Source: an uncultured Gammaproteobacteria bacterium (lineage in GTDB: Bacteria; Pseudomonadota; Gammaproteobacteria; CAWCPV01). From it: a DNA stretch of 64,000 nt. Location of the stretch: assembly GCA_963797555.1 (NCBI GenBank), contig CAWCPV010000004.1:64001-128000 (forward strand). Reading direction: 5' to 3'. Made by a program: the position numbers and the translations under genes. How positions within the stretch are numbered: the first letter of the stretch is position 1; each line of letters opens with the position of its first letter. A model generated the notes under the pieces. The model searched no databases and was not told the DNA's origin. It saw only the letters and a list, made by a program, of their open reading frames with translations. Below are positions 52,329 to 63,752 of this stretch, piece after piece.

Positions 52329-53186
52329 ATGGCACTTCGGAAAGTCCTTCAGCTCGTGGCCGCGACCTCCGTCTCCGAGGGCGCCGGGGTCACCGTGCGG
52401 CGCAGCATCGGGACGCCGGCCCTGCGCCACCTGGATCCGTTCCTGATGCTAGACCATTTCAGCAGCGAGGACCCCAACGACTACATCGCGGGATTTCCGG
52501 ACCATCCCCACCGTGGGTTCGTGACCCTTACCTATATGCTCAACGGCCACATTCTGCACCGGGACAGCATGGGCAACCGCGGGGATCTGCGCTCCGGCGG
52601 GGCGCAGTGGATGAAAGCGGCGAGCGGCGTCATCCACTCCGAGATGCCCCAGCAGGCAGAGGGCCTGATGCGCGGCTTCCAGCTCTGGGTCAACTTACCC
52701 GGGCGCGAGAAGATGAGCGACCCCGCTTACCAGGAGATCCCCCCTGAGGCCATCCCGGAGATCGAGACGGAAGGGGTGCGCGTGCGGCTGCTGAGCGGGC
52801 AGCACGACGGGCGCCGCGGCCCGATAGACGATCCCCACACCGCCGTAATGTACCTGGACGTCCGTTTGGAGCCCGGCCGCAGCTTCGCACATACGCTCAG
52901 TACCGAGCTGAGCGCCTTTCTTTACGTCTTCGAGGGCGATGCGACCGTGGCCGGCAAGGCCGTGCCACTTCACTGCCTTGCCGTGCTCGGTACGGGCGAC
53001 GAGGTGAAGGTGACCGCAGGCCCCAACGGTACGCGCTTTATCCTGGTTGCCGGGCGTCCGCTCCGCGAGGCCATCGTCCAGTACGGGCCGTTCGTGATGA
53101 GCGCCCGCGAGGAGATTGAGCAGGCTGTCGAGGACTACCGCGACGGACGGCTGGTGCGAAAGAAGGCCGACGTCCTTGGAAAGTAG
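52329..53186 (+). CDS. Pirin family protein
   Basis: DPFLMLD, FPDHPHRG, HRDSMG, QWM..GVIHSE, QLWVNLP and GPFVM. Confidence 0.93.
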   Translation: MALRKVLQLVAATSVSEGAGVTVRRSIGTPALRHLDPFLMLDHFSSEDPNDYIAGFPDHPHRGFVTLTYMLNGHILHRDSMGNRGDLRSGGAQWMKAASGVIHSEMPQQAEGLMRGFQLWVNLPGREKMSDPAYQEIPPEAIPEIETEGVRVRLLSGQHDGRRGPIDDPHTAVMYLDVRLEPGRSFAHTLSTELSAFLYVFEGDATVAGKAVPLHCLAVLGTGDEVKVTAGPNGTRFILVAGRPLREAIVQYGPFVMSAREEIEQAVEDYRDGRLVRKKADVLGK

Positions 53187-53589
53187 AGAAACGAAGCCGG
53201 AGGAGGAGGGTGTCTCTGACTGCCGAGTCGGGCTCCATGACCTGAAAACGCTTCCCCTCGATTGCTCTCATCGCCACGCAGCCGAAGTCTGCCGGCAATC
53301 CCAGTGCCGGAAAACGGCACACCGGGTCTGACGGGGCGGGCGCTGGAAACCCGGCCCGGCTGGTCCTGTACTGCTGAGGGAGGGCTGGCACACGGCGCCC
53401 AGCTTCCTCCACCTGGGAAACCGCCCTCGAAGCCATGAGGAGCTGCCTCTCAGCCGAAGGGCGGGTCCCGAGGCCGGGGATGAGGTGCGCTTTTCGAAAC
53501 CGTGTCGAATGTACGCTCGGCCGTGGCTGGTGATCGTGGTTCTTGGGCTTGCGTCAGCGGTGCAGAGCGCGCAAAAGGAGTCTAGGTAC

Positions 53590-54694
53590 ATGCCGGATCC
53601 GCGCACTCAAGACGCCATCGCGCTCATGCTGGGCTTCGCGGAGCGTACCGGGCTCGTCTCCGAACGCCCTCCGCGGCGCTACCTGTGGACGGACGCCTTT
53701 GCGGTATGCAATTTCCTCGGCCTGGCGCGTCTGACCGGGGAGCAGCGGTACATGGATCTCGCTCTGCGGCTGGTCGATCAAGTGCATCACACGCTGGGAC
53801 GGCATCGGGAAGACGATCCGCGTACCGGCTGGATCAGCGGGCTGACCGAGCGCGACGGTGAGGCCCATCCCACCCGAGGCGGGCTTCGGATCGGCAAGAA
53901 GCTCCCCGAACGCGGTCCCAGCGAGCCTTTCGACGAGGCGCTGGAGTGGGATCGCGACGGGCAGTACTTCCATTACTTGACCCAGTGGATGCACGCCCTG
54001 GATCAGGTGACACGTTCGACCGGGCGGCCGCAGTTCAATGCATGGGCGCGCGATCTCGCCGGAACCGCGTATACGGCGTTCACTTATGTGCCTGCCGCCG
54101 GGCGTCCCCGCCGCATGTACTGGAAGATGAGCATCGACCTGAAGCGGCCGCTCGTGCCTGCCATGGGGCAGCACGATCCGCTGGACGGATACATCACTTA
54201 CGTCCAGCTCCGTTCGACCGCAGCGAGGTTCCCGAATTCCTTCGGCGCGGTAAACCTTGAAGACGAGACCCGCCAATTCGCAGCGATGGTCGAGAGAGGC
54301 GAGTGGGAGACCCCCGATCCGCTAGGCATCGGCGGTCTGCTGATCGACGCTTACCGTGTGAAGCAGTTGATGCAGCAGGGTGCATTCTCGGACGAGCGTC
54401 TTCTCGAGACTTTGCTCACGGCGTCGCTCGCGGGGCTGCAGTCTTACGCCAAAGGCGGCGAGTTACAATCGCCGGCCGAATACCGGCTTGCTTTTCGGGA
54501 TCTCGGTTTGGCGATTGGGCTGCACGCGATAAGACTCATGTGGCAAGCCGCCGAGCGCGATCCGAAGCGCTCTGCCGCGAGCTCCGCGGTGCATGCACGC
54601 CTTCAAACGCTGATGCAATATGCGCCTCTCGGCGAGCAGATCGAATCGTTCTGGCGGGACCCCGAGCATCGACGCGCTACTACTTGGTCTGAGC
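53590..54694 (+). pseudogene. Conserved hypothetical protein (RYLWTDAF family) cut at its 3-prime end by an IS4 end
   Basis: RRYLWTDAFAV, DGQYFHYLT.W, MYWKMSIDL, GQHDPLDG and RLAFR.LGL. The frame runs into IS sequence at 54695. The start could be further upstream. Confidence 0.65.
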
Positions 54695-55450
54695 CATGTC
54701 GTTATACACATCTCGGGCTCTGTGAGGCCCGTTGTGCGTCCATGGCGAGCACGAAGTCGCGGGTTCGCTGCAGCCCGATCCACAGGCTTTGCGGACCCGG
54801 GAAGCCGTCGCCCTTGCGATTGAGGAGGCCGCCGAAGCTCGCCACCATACGCACCATCGCATCGAGCGGGGGGGGTGTCTCAGGCGGGGGCTGGCGCTTG
54901 GTGACGATATACACCGCGCGCCATTCCTCCTCGGCGAACACCACGTTGCAGGGCATCTGCGGGCAGTCGCGCCCGAGCAGGGTGAGGTAGAGCACCCGCC
55001 AGGCGATGATGAGGTAGAAGGCGAGCGCGGGCTCCAGGCGTTCGAAGGTCTCGAGCTGCAGCTTCTCGATGCGGCAGCCGCTTTTGAGGATCTTGAAGAA
55101 CACCTCGATTTGCCACCGGCAGAGGTACCATTGGAGCTTCTCCAGGGCCTGCTCGGCGGTCTCGACGGGGAGGCTGGTGAGGAGCAGCCACTCGATGGGC
55201 TCCTCGCCCTGGGGCGGGTCCACCTCGCGGGCCAGCACGGCGCTCACCTCGATGTCCGCCAGGGTGCGGTCCGAGCGATGCGGGGCCTTGAAAGTGACGC
55301 GTGCGACGCGCAGCTGCTGGTGGATGCGCCGCGCTGGACGCCTAGCGGTGGCGGGCAGGTCGAATTCGGCCTCGGCCAGCACCGGCGTAGAGGTCGGCCT
55401 CGCGGTCGGCGACATAGACCAACCGGGTCTCGGGCAGGGACTCGATCGAG
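54695..55450 (-). mobile_element. IS4 family (IS50/Tn5-like) transposase C-terminal half and terminal repeat
   Basis: WLLLTS, Y..RWQIEVFFKILKSGC (YREK motif), GG.L.RKGDG.PG..LW.G and end sequence CATGTCGTTATACACATCT. Confidence 0.88.
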
Positions 55451-55459
55451 CTCCGAGAC

Positions 55460-55850
55460 GCGTGCCCGCGAACCGGCCGACCTCGACAAAGGTCTCCAGC
55501 AGCACCGGGCGTACCCCGTAGCGCTCTTCGAACTCGCCCGGCACCTGCCGCGCGGCCAGCCCGAGAACCGCGCATGGTTCAGCACCTGCCCCAGGTGCTG
55601 CGCACGGCTTGGCGCATCCCAGCCAATCCAGCGGTCGCGCACGCCCACCTTCCAGGCCGCGGCCCGAAGCCCATGGCCCCCACCACACCCCCGTCCCAGC
55701 GAATCAGATAGCGCAGCTGGGCACCGGGCAGCGGCCGGTAGCCCAGATAATGGTACCGGTCGATGAGCCCATTCCACAGCGCCGAGTCCGCCGGGTCAGC
55801 AACCGGCGCCAAGTGCAGACCCTGCAAATCCCGCACTGCGCCCACCACCG
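55460..55850 (-). pseudogene. DUF4338 (DruA-like) fragment
   Basis: WNGLIDRYHYLG..GAQLRYL, AAWKV..RDRWIGW and RYGVRPVLLETFVE..RFAGT spread across frames. Confidence 0.7.
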
Positions 55851-57032
55851 GTACCTCAGCGGGTACCGGCTGCCGGGAACCGAAGCGCTCGAGCTCCACC
55901 ACCTGTACCGGGCCATGGCCTGGCTGGGGGAGGCGCTGCCGGCGGAGGCGCAGGCCGGGCGCACACCGTTCGCCCCGCGGTGCATCAAGGACCTCATCGA
56001 GGAGGACCTGTTCGCCTACCGCCGCACTACCCTGGACGTGGTGTTCTTCGACACCACCTCCTTGTACTTCGAGGGCGAGGGCGGAGGGAGCCTCGGTCAG
56101 TACGGGCACAGCAAGGATCACCGGCCGGATCTCAAGCAGATGGTGGTGGGTGCGGTGTTGGACGGTGCCGGCCAGCCGGTGTGCTGCGAGCTGTGGTCAG
56201 GCAATACCTGCGATGTCACTCTCTCTGGTGCCCATCGTGGAGCGGCTGCGCAGGCGCTTTGCCATCGGGGAGCTGTGCGTGGTGGCCGACCGCGGCATGA
56301 TCAGCCAGCCCCACGCTCGGGGAGGGCGCGGATGCGCCGGCACAAGGAGGTGCGCGAGGAGGTCCTGGCCCGAGCCGGCCGCTATCACGTGGTCCATCCA
56401 CCCGGTGCCCACGCCCAGGACCCTGCCCCCCTGCGGGTCAAGGAGGTGAACGTCGAGGGCCGCCGCTATGTGGTCTGTCTCAACGAGGCCCAGAAGCGCA
56501 AGGACGAGGCGGACCGTGCGGTCATCCTGGCGGCGTTGCGCGAGAAGCTCAAGCAGGGCGACAAGGCGCTCATCGGCAACCGCGGCTACCGCAAGTACCT
56601 CGCGGGCCAGGGCGAGCGCTTCGTCATCGACGAGCAGGCGGTGCGCCGCGAAGCGCGCTACGACGGCAAGTGGGTGCTGCGCACCAACACCGACCTCACT
56701 GCCGCCGAGGTGGCACTGAAGTACAAGCAGCTGTGGATGGTGGAGGAGCTGTTTCGCGAAGCCGCTGCTCGCCACCCGGCCCATCTTCCACCGCTGCGAC
56801 GAGACCATCCGCGGTCACGTGTTCTGCTCGTTCCTGACGCTCATCTTGCGCAAGGAGCTCCAGGCGGGTCTGGAAGCCCGCGGCGAGCCCCTGGAGTGGG
56901 ACGACATCGTGCGCGATCTCGACGCCCTTACCGAGACCGAGGTCGTACACGAGGGCAAGCGCTTTCGCCTGCGAGCCGAAGCCAAGGGCACCTGCGGCAA
57001 GGTCTTCCAGGCCCTCGGCGTGGCCCCCCCTC
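55840..57032 (+). mobile_element. IS1634 family transposase, degraded
   Basis: HHLYRAM.WL, VFFDTTSLYFEG, GHSKDHRPDLKQ, VADRGM, DGKWVLRTN, YKQLWMVE and HVFCSFL. Several frameshifts or deletions. Confidence 0.85.
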
Positions 57033-58545
57033 TGTGCCAATAATGACTGAGACACGGGTTTCCTGGAATGTAAGTATGATTCGAGGGCGGACTGGAGGAT
57101 GTCATGCCCAAGCCTGTTTCAGTTGGAAGTGGTACTGAGGTGGTAGCCAACCCTGAGCATGATCGGGGGCTGCATCGGCGCTTCTCGGCCGAGGACAAGC
57201 AACGTCTTTTGGCCGAGGCCGAGGCTTGCACTGAGCGTGGAGCACTGGCGGCGCTGCTGCGTCGAGAGCGGCTGTACAGCTCCCAATTGGCGGCCTGGCG
57301 TGTGCAGCTCGAGCGTGAAGGCGAGGCCGGGCTCGCACCCAGGAAGCCGGGTCGCAAGGCGCTCAAGGATGCCAAGGACCGGCGCGCATCGAGGCGCTGG
57401 AGCGCGACAAGGCGATCCTCACGCGCAAGCTCCTCATCGCCGAGAAGCTCCTTGAGCTCCAAAAAAAAGCCCAGGAGTTGTTGGCGGCCACCGAGAGCGA
57501 GCACGTGCCATGAGTGCGCTTCACTCGAAGCGTGTGACCCGGTGGTGCCGCTCAAGTCCGCCTGTGCGGCCCTGGGGCTTGCGCGGGCGACACTCTATCG
57601 GCACCGACCGCGGGTTACTCGGCCTGCCAGCGGTCCACGGTGTAGCCCACGGCGCCTGAGCGAGGCGCAGCGCCGGGAAGTGCTCGAGGTGCTCCACGAG
57701 GAGCGCTCATCGACCAGCCCCCGGCTGAGGTCTACGCCAAGCTTCTGGACGAGGGGCGGTATCTGTGTTCTGTTCGCACCATGCATCGGCTGTTGGCCGA
57801 ATCCGCAGAGTCGGGCGAGCGGCGCGCCGTGCGCCCCAAAACTCACCATCCCGTGCCGCGCTTGGAGGCAAGCGCCCCCAACCAAGTCTGGACCTGGGAC
57901 ATCACCAAGCTCGCCACCCTGAGCCGAGGCGTGTTCCTGAATCTCTACGTGGTGCTCGACCTCTACAGCCGCTTCGTGGTGGCTTGGCTGGCGGCCCGCG
58001 AGAACAGTGCACTCGCCAAACAACTGCTGGCAGAAGCCATCCATCGCCATGGCATCGAGCCACGCAGCCTGCGGGTCCACCAGGACCGCGGTGCCCCCAT
58101 GACCGCACGGGGCTTTCTCGACCTCCTGGCGGAGCTGAAGGTGGAGCCCTCTCACTCCCGCCCCAGGGTGAGTAACGACAATCCCTTCTCCGAGTCTCAG
58201 TTCAAGACCCTCAAGTACCAGCCGGACTTTCCCAGTCGCTTCCGAGGTCTCGAGCAGGGGCGGGCTTGGTGCACCGAGTTCTTCGACTGGTACAACCACC
58301 ACCATCAGCATTCGGGGCTCGCCCTGTTCACGCCGGCTGATGTGTTTCACGGACGGGTCAAGGAGCTCTTGGCGGTGCGCCAGGCGGCGCTCGATGCCGC
58401 CCACCAGGCACATCCCGAGCGCTTCGTGCGGGGGCGCCCAGTCGCAGCCCAGCCCCCCAAGCTGGTCGCCATCAACCCGATAGTCCCCGAGCAGGATCTG
58501 CCCACGGCCAGTACCCTGCTCCTCGAGCAAGCCAACACGCTCGGC
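57033..58545 (+). mobile_element. IS3-family element (orfA + rve integrase orfB), frameshifted, right end lost
   Basis: TG start, RRFSAEDK..LLRRE.LYSS, PNQVWTWDITKL, DLYSR, HQDRG, SNDNPFSESQFKTLKY and WYN..H.HSG. Confidence 0.85.
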
Positions 58546-58550
58546 CATTG

Positions 58551-60838
58551 CAGAACTCCTGACTTGGCGCTAAATTCAATGCGACTGGACGGTGTCGTAG
58601 ACCAGGCGCAGGTGGGTGCCAGGGTATTTCATCGGCTGGGTATTCAGATATTCGCAAAGAGCGATGAGAGCTTGTTGAGATCGATTATTGGCCAAGCCGT
58701 AGAGACGCACCCGCAATTCATGGCGCTGGTAATCCGGGATAATATCGCCGGGTAAGCAGAACACGGCTTTGAGGAAGGCGCGAACTTCGTCGTCGTGGCG
58801 CACGAAAAAGGGTTCGACAATGCTCGCGAGACAACTCTCACTGCGATAAGCGACGACCTTGATGAGCTGGGTAATGGTTTTTCGTTCGCGTTCGTGATGT
58901 ACGATCTTGTCCGCCTCATAAATGCTCTTCAATGGCACGCGCTTTTCCATCGCGTTGATGCGTTCGCTGAGTTGCTCGCATTGCCTTTCCAATCGTTCGA
59001 TGGCCTCTGTCGCCTTCTCTTGCTTCGCCGTCGATGCCCTGTTACGTTGGTGCTTGCCACGCTGGGCGTAGGCTCTGCCGAGCTGCGCCTTGGTTGCCTG
59101 GAGCGATTTTATCAGCGCTCGGCGCTCAGGATCGGGAACCATCCGCTCAGGATCGGCTGGTTCGGTGGCATAGGTGCTCAAGTGGTCGATGTTGAATTCG
59201 TCCTGCAGGTATTTGAAGAAGTTCTCTTGGCGCCAACGGCCGAACATGCGATGGGCGATCTCTGCGGCAGGTAAGTCCTGCCGGGTCGTCAGGATCGCGC
59301 TCTGATGTCCGTTTTTGCATAAGCGGCGGATCTCGCGCATCCACAAGGCGGGTTGTTTGCGATTGGCAGCGATGACCTGCACGCTGCACTCGGCCAGACT
59401 ATAGGTCACAGACTTACCGTGGTGCTCGACGCTTAAGGGGCGGAAGTCCTCCGGGTCCCAGGGCGTTTGTTTACCCTTGCGATACGTGATGACTTCGGCC
59501 CCTTGGCTGTGCCACTGCTGGAAGGACTGGGGGCTCCAAGCCTCACGGTCAAACACCAAGGTCAGCGTCCGGTCGGGGCCGATCTGCTGGCGCGCCTGGG
59601 GAATGACCTCCTGCTCGATCAGCGCCAAGAGGTGTCCATTGAGGGGGCTGGTGACGAAGAACACCGGCTCGGCCGCTCCGTTATGCACCCAAACATCCGT
59701 CGAGGCGGGCAGACACTGGCGGCGTTTCTGCACCAACGTCTTAGGCAGCGGATGCTTGCGCCCCGTGTAGGCATGGACGTGACCGTCGACGTACAGTATG
59801 CCCAGCTCATCGGGCTCCCCCTGCGCCCACTGGGCGGTCAACGCCGCGGCTAGTTGCGCCGCCTGTTGGCGAGCTCCCAGTTGCGCGAGCTTACGCCGCA
59901 GCGTTTTGACTTCCGGCACGCGATCCAGTCCCAGCAAGATGCCCAGCTCACCAGGCGCTCAATGCTCTTGATGCGCAACAACGCCATCATGACCAGGCAC
60001 CACAGGATCGAATGCAGACCATAGAACCCGGCTTTGAGCGGCGCGTAAACACGCTCGGCGTGGCACAGCAGACCTTCACCAATCATGGCCGGTAAGGCAA
60101 GCAAGACGCCGGCGTTCGCCACGCCCTCCGCAGGCTCAAAGTGGGGGGCTGCTTCGCCGAGCATCCCTTGGCAGGCGAGGACGCGTTCCTCCAAGCGTTT
60201 GACCGCGGTACCCGCCCCGCGGGCCTGCGCGGCGTCACGCTCAGCCCGCTCGCCTGGCAAGAGCGCGGCGCGGTGTTGTCGAGGCCGCTGGCGGCGCAGC
60301 CGTCCGGTCTTGATCGCATGGCGCACCGCCGTCTCACTCACACCGAGCGCACGCGCGGCCTGCGACTGCGAGCACCCTTGGTCCAAGCACGCCTGAGCGA
60401 TCGGCAAAACCTCATCGGTGAGCTTAATGCCCACGACGCGGCGCACCATGGCCTCGGCCATCGCGTATGGCATCAAGACCCCCTTCGCGATACAGCGTCT
60501 GGTTGCGAAATACCGTCGAGCGGTGAACACCCAACACCGCCGCCAAGTCCTCACCCTTCGCTAAACCCTGCGTCATGAACACCGCCCCGAGGTAACGCTT
60601 AGCCGTCGTATCCGTACGCGCGCAGCTCATCAACGGACCGGAGGCATTCATGAACACGAGTTCCTTGGGCGTTTCGATGACCGTCAACCGCAAACCCAAT
60701 GTCACAGCCTGTTCGGGCAGCAGGGGAAGCTCAATGGTGCCTGGCATAGCATTCCTCTGGTCTCGTATTTATATTTCGATACCAGCATCGATTATAGCGC
60801 CTTCTCAATCGGTTAGGTAGCGCATGTCAGGAGTTCTG
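58551..60838 (-). mobile_element. Unclassified (ISNCY-like) DDE insertion sequence with both terminal inverted repeats, transposase frameshifted
   Basis: Perfect 13-bp TIR CAGAACTCCTGAC (58551) and GTCAGGAGTTCTG (60826). HTH region, PEVKTLRRKL, YVDGH, VFDRE and RWRQENFFK over three frames. Confidence 0.8.
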
Positions 60839-61482
60839 CAGTGGTTCTTGTGGCTTGTCGTGTTGGTCAGGCAGCGGCGGAGGAGTCATTGGTGGTAGGG
60901 CGCATATCGCATTGGAGGGATAGTTGCTGCGCTATGTCCCCGCCACAAGAAACTGGGTCGCTACCGTCAAGGATGCACCGTTTGGGATGGACGATGCTTT
61001 CTTTTCGGACGAACACGGGAAAGCAGAGTTCATCATGCCCAATAACACCTGGATTAGGATCGGCGGGAGCACGCAGATCCAGTTCATCGCCTTGAAGAAC
61101 GATGTGACCGAGGTCGACGTGGCTCAGGGTGTGGCTCGGTGTTACAACGGTCCTGTTTCACCCTAGAGTGCTCATGCAGAAACCGAAGCGAGTGGAGGCG
61201 CCGAGCCCGGGTGTGACAGGACGGCCAACCATAGGACCAGCGAAGGGAATTCCGGGCACACGCGATGAGAGGCTGCAGCCGACCGAGTCGGGACAACCGG
61301 GCCAGAGTCCCATACGGCCTCCGAGACACGCCGAAAGAGTCGGCCCGAAAGAGCCAACGCAAGCGCCGGAACCGGGACGCCCCCCCCGCGAAGCCAGAGC
61401 CAAGACTCCGGCTGCCGGTCCTCAGCCTCTGAGCAACCCAATCCCGCGCGCGGGCCAGGTGTTCTGGAAGAAACGCCGATGA
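60839..61482 (+). pseudogene. Remnant of a FecR-like exported protein with Pro-rich tail
   Basis: VGRISH..LLRYV..W...VKDAPFG..D...KAEFIMPNNTWIRIG..TQIQ with stop and frameshift. The 5-prime end is cut by the IS. Confidence 0.45.
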
Positions 61483-61495
61483 GGTACAAGGTGAG

Positions 61496-61673
61496 CGGCA
61501 GCGCCGAGAATGACCGACACGTCATGGGTGCGAGCCCGCGGCGTTAGCCGACGCCTTGGTGCGAGCTCGTCTCTGAGCATGGTCCGGGAATCGTCGGTGA
61601 CATGGGTGAGCGGCGCGAGCCGCATCCCGTTTGAGAGATCGAGTCGATTTCGATGCTTCCCATGGCGCTGCCG
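61496..61673 (+). ncRNA. Candidate IS110 bridge RNA (structured non-coding left end)
   Basis: A 10-bp closing stem CGGCAGCGCC/GGCGCTGCCG encloses two stem-loops (ACCGAC/GTCGGT and CATGGG/CCCATG). It lies directly upstream of an IS110 recombinase start. Confidence 0.6.
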
Positions 61674-61698
61674 TTCCTCAACGATAGTGGAGCAGGCC

Positions 61699-62930
61699 AT
61701 GGCGATGCGCAAGCGAGAAGAGGAGGTTTTTCCCAACGCGGCGGCGGTGGAGGTAGGGGCATCGAGTCACTGGGTGGCAGTGCCTGCGCATCGCAGCGAT
61801 GCCCCGGTGCGCGAAGTCGCTACGATGACCGATGACCTCAACGCCCTGGCCGACTGGCTACTCGCCTGCGGGGTCGATGGGGTGGCGCTGGAGTCCACTG
61901 GGGGGTACTGGGTCCCGGTGTACGAGGTGTTGGAGAGCCGCGGCTTGAAGGTGTGGCGGGTTGATGCGCGGCAGGTGAAGTACGTGCCGGGGCGCAAGAG
62001 CGACGTGCAGGACTGCCAGTGGCTGCAAAAGCTCGTGAGCCATGGGCTGCTGCGCGCAGCGTTGCGACCCGCGGCTCACCGAGCAGGCCAGTTGGGTGCA
62101 GCGCATGCAAAAGGCGCTAGTGCAGATGAACATCCAGCTCACCGAGGTCATCAGCGACGTGACGGGCCAGGCGATCATCGGCGACATTGTGTCCGGCCAG
62201 CGCGATGCGCGGGTGCTGGCGCGGCACCGTCAGCCGGCGCATCCGGGCCAGCGAGCAAGACATCGCGCGAGCGCTGACGGGCAACTGGCGCGAGGAGCAC
62301 CTGTTCGTGCTCAAGCAGGCGCTGGGGATGTATGAGGACGATGCCCAGTGGCTGGCCATGTTGGCTCGCGCCGGTCTGTTGCGCGCCTCCTTCGTGCCGA
62401 AGGCCAAACTGCGCGAGCTGCGCCTGATCGCCCGGCAGCGACAGAAGCTCGTGGGCTTGGCTGCCTCGGAGAAGAACCGGCTGCACAAGGTGCTCACCGA
62501 TGGTGGCATCCGCCTGGGGGTGGTGGTGAGCGATATCCACGGCCAGTCGGCCCGTGCCATGCTGAAAGCCCTCATCCAGGGGGCTGCTGCCCACGAGGTC
62601 CTCCCCCTGGCCAGCCGCCGGCTGAAGGCGAGCCGCGAGGAGCTGCTCGATGCCCTGCAGGGGGACCTGACCGAGTCTCATCGCTTCGTCCTCGATGAAT
62701 TGATGCGCCACATCGAGGAGCTCGAAGCCCGCATCGCCCGCTTCGATGCTCGCTTGCTCGAAGGCCTGAAGGAGGAGGCCAACAGCCTGCTGTTGTTGCA
62801 GACCCTACCAGGGGTCAATGTCATCGGTGCCGCCATGCTGCTGGTGGAAATCGGTAGCGACATGAGCGCCTTCGGTCATGCCGAGCGGCTCGCTTCCTGG
62901 GTGGGTATCTGCCCCGGCAACCACGAGTCG
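61699..62930 (+). mobile_element. IS110 family recombinase pseudogene, chimera of two different elements
   Basis: LESTGGYW and GRKSDVQDCQWL, then a second DAQWLA.L...GLLRASFVP at ~62340 and GICPGNHES. Confidence 0.85.
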
Positions 62931-62934
62931 CCTG

Positions 62935-63752
62935 CGCATCCCAACCTGCGCGGCCCCGAGTACTACCACTGAAGAGGACCTCCGAGATGCTCACTCATCC
63001 CACCCTAGAGAAACTCTCCGCCCTGCGGCTCAACGGCATGCTGAAGGCAGGACCAACAGCATACCCCGGACATCGAGGCGCTCTGCTTCGAGGAGCGCCT
63101 GCGTGGAGGACATCGACTACCGCGCCCCGCGGGGGCTGGACAAGGCGCTGATGGCCACTCTCGCCTCCTGCCGCTGGGTGGACGAGCACCTCAATGTGCT
63201 GATCACCGGTCCCACGGGGGTGGGCAAGAGCTATCTCGCCTGCGCACTCGCCCACAAGGCGTGCCGAGAAGGCCACAGCGCGCTCTACCAGCGTCTGCCG
63301 CGACTGCTCCAGGACCTCTCGCTCGCCCGCGGCGATGGGCGTTACGGAGCATTGCTTACCAGCCTTGCCAAAGTGGATGTCCTGGTGCTCGACGACTGGG
63401 GGCTCGCCAAGCTGACCGAGGAGCACCGCCGCGATCTGTTGGAGCTACTCGATGACCGCCACGGCCTGCGCTCCACCCTGGTCACCAGTCAGCTCCCCGT
63501 GGAGCACTGGCACGAGCGCCTCGGCGACCCCACGCTCGCCGATGCCATCCTGGACCGCTTGGTCCACAACGCCTACAAGCTCACTCTCAAAGGAGACTCG
63601 ATGCGAAAGAAACGCTCACCCTTGACCCAAACCGCTCAGTTGCAGTAAAAGTGAACGGCCCTGCGTCGCTTCGCTCCGACCACCGATCGGTTTCACCGGT
63701 CTGGGTGATCACTTTGCCGTGGACCAGGCGATCGATTTGCGTGGAATACGCA
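62935..63752 (+). mobile_element. istB: IS21 family remnant: istA tail, internally deleted istB (62987-63648), right end
   Basis: [40 protein letters not shown] and [10 protein letters not shown]. The right end has spaced GATC repeats finishing GGAATACGCA. Confidence 0.85.

Noticed and set aside
57460-57469. A8G run as the IS3 programmed -1 frameshift site
   Set aside because: orfA reads through it (ELQKKAQELL..) to a stop overlapping an ATG. Other indels make the assignment unsupportable.
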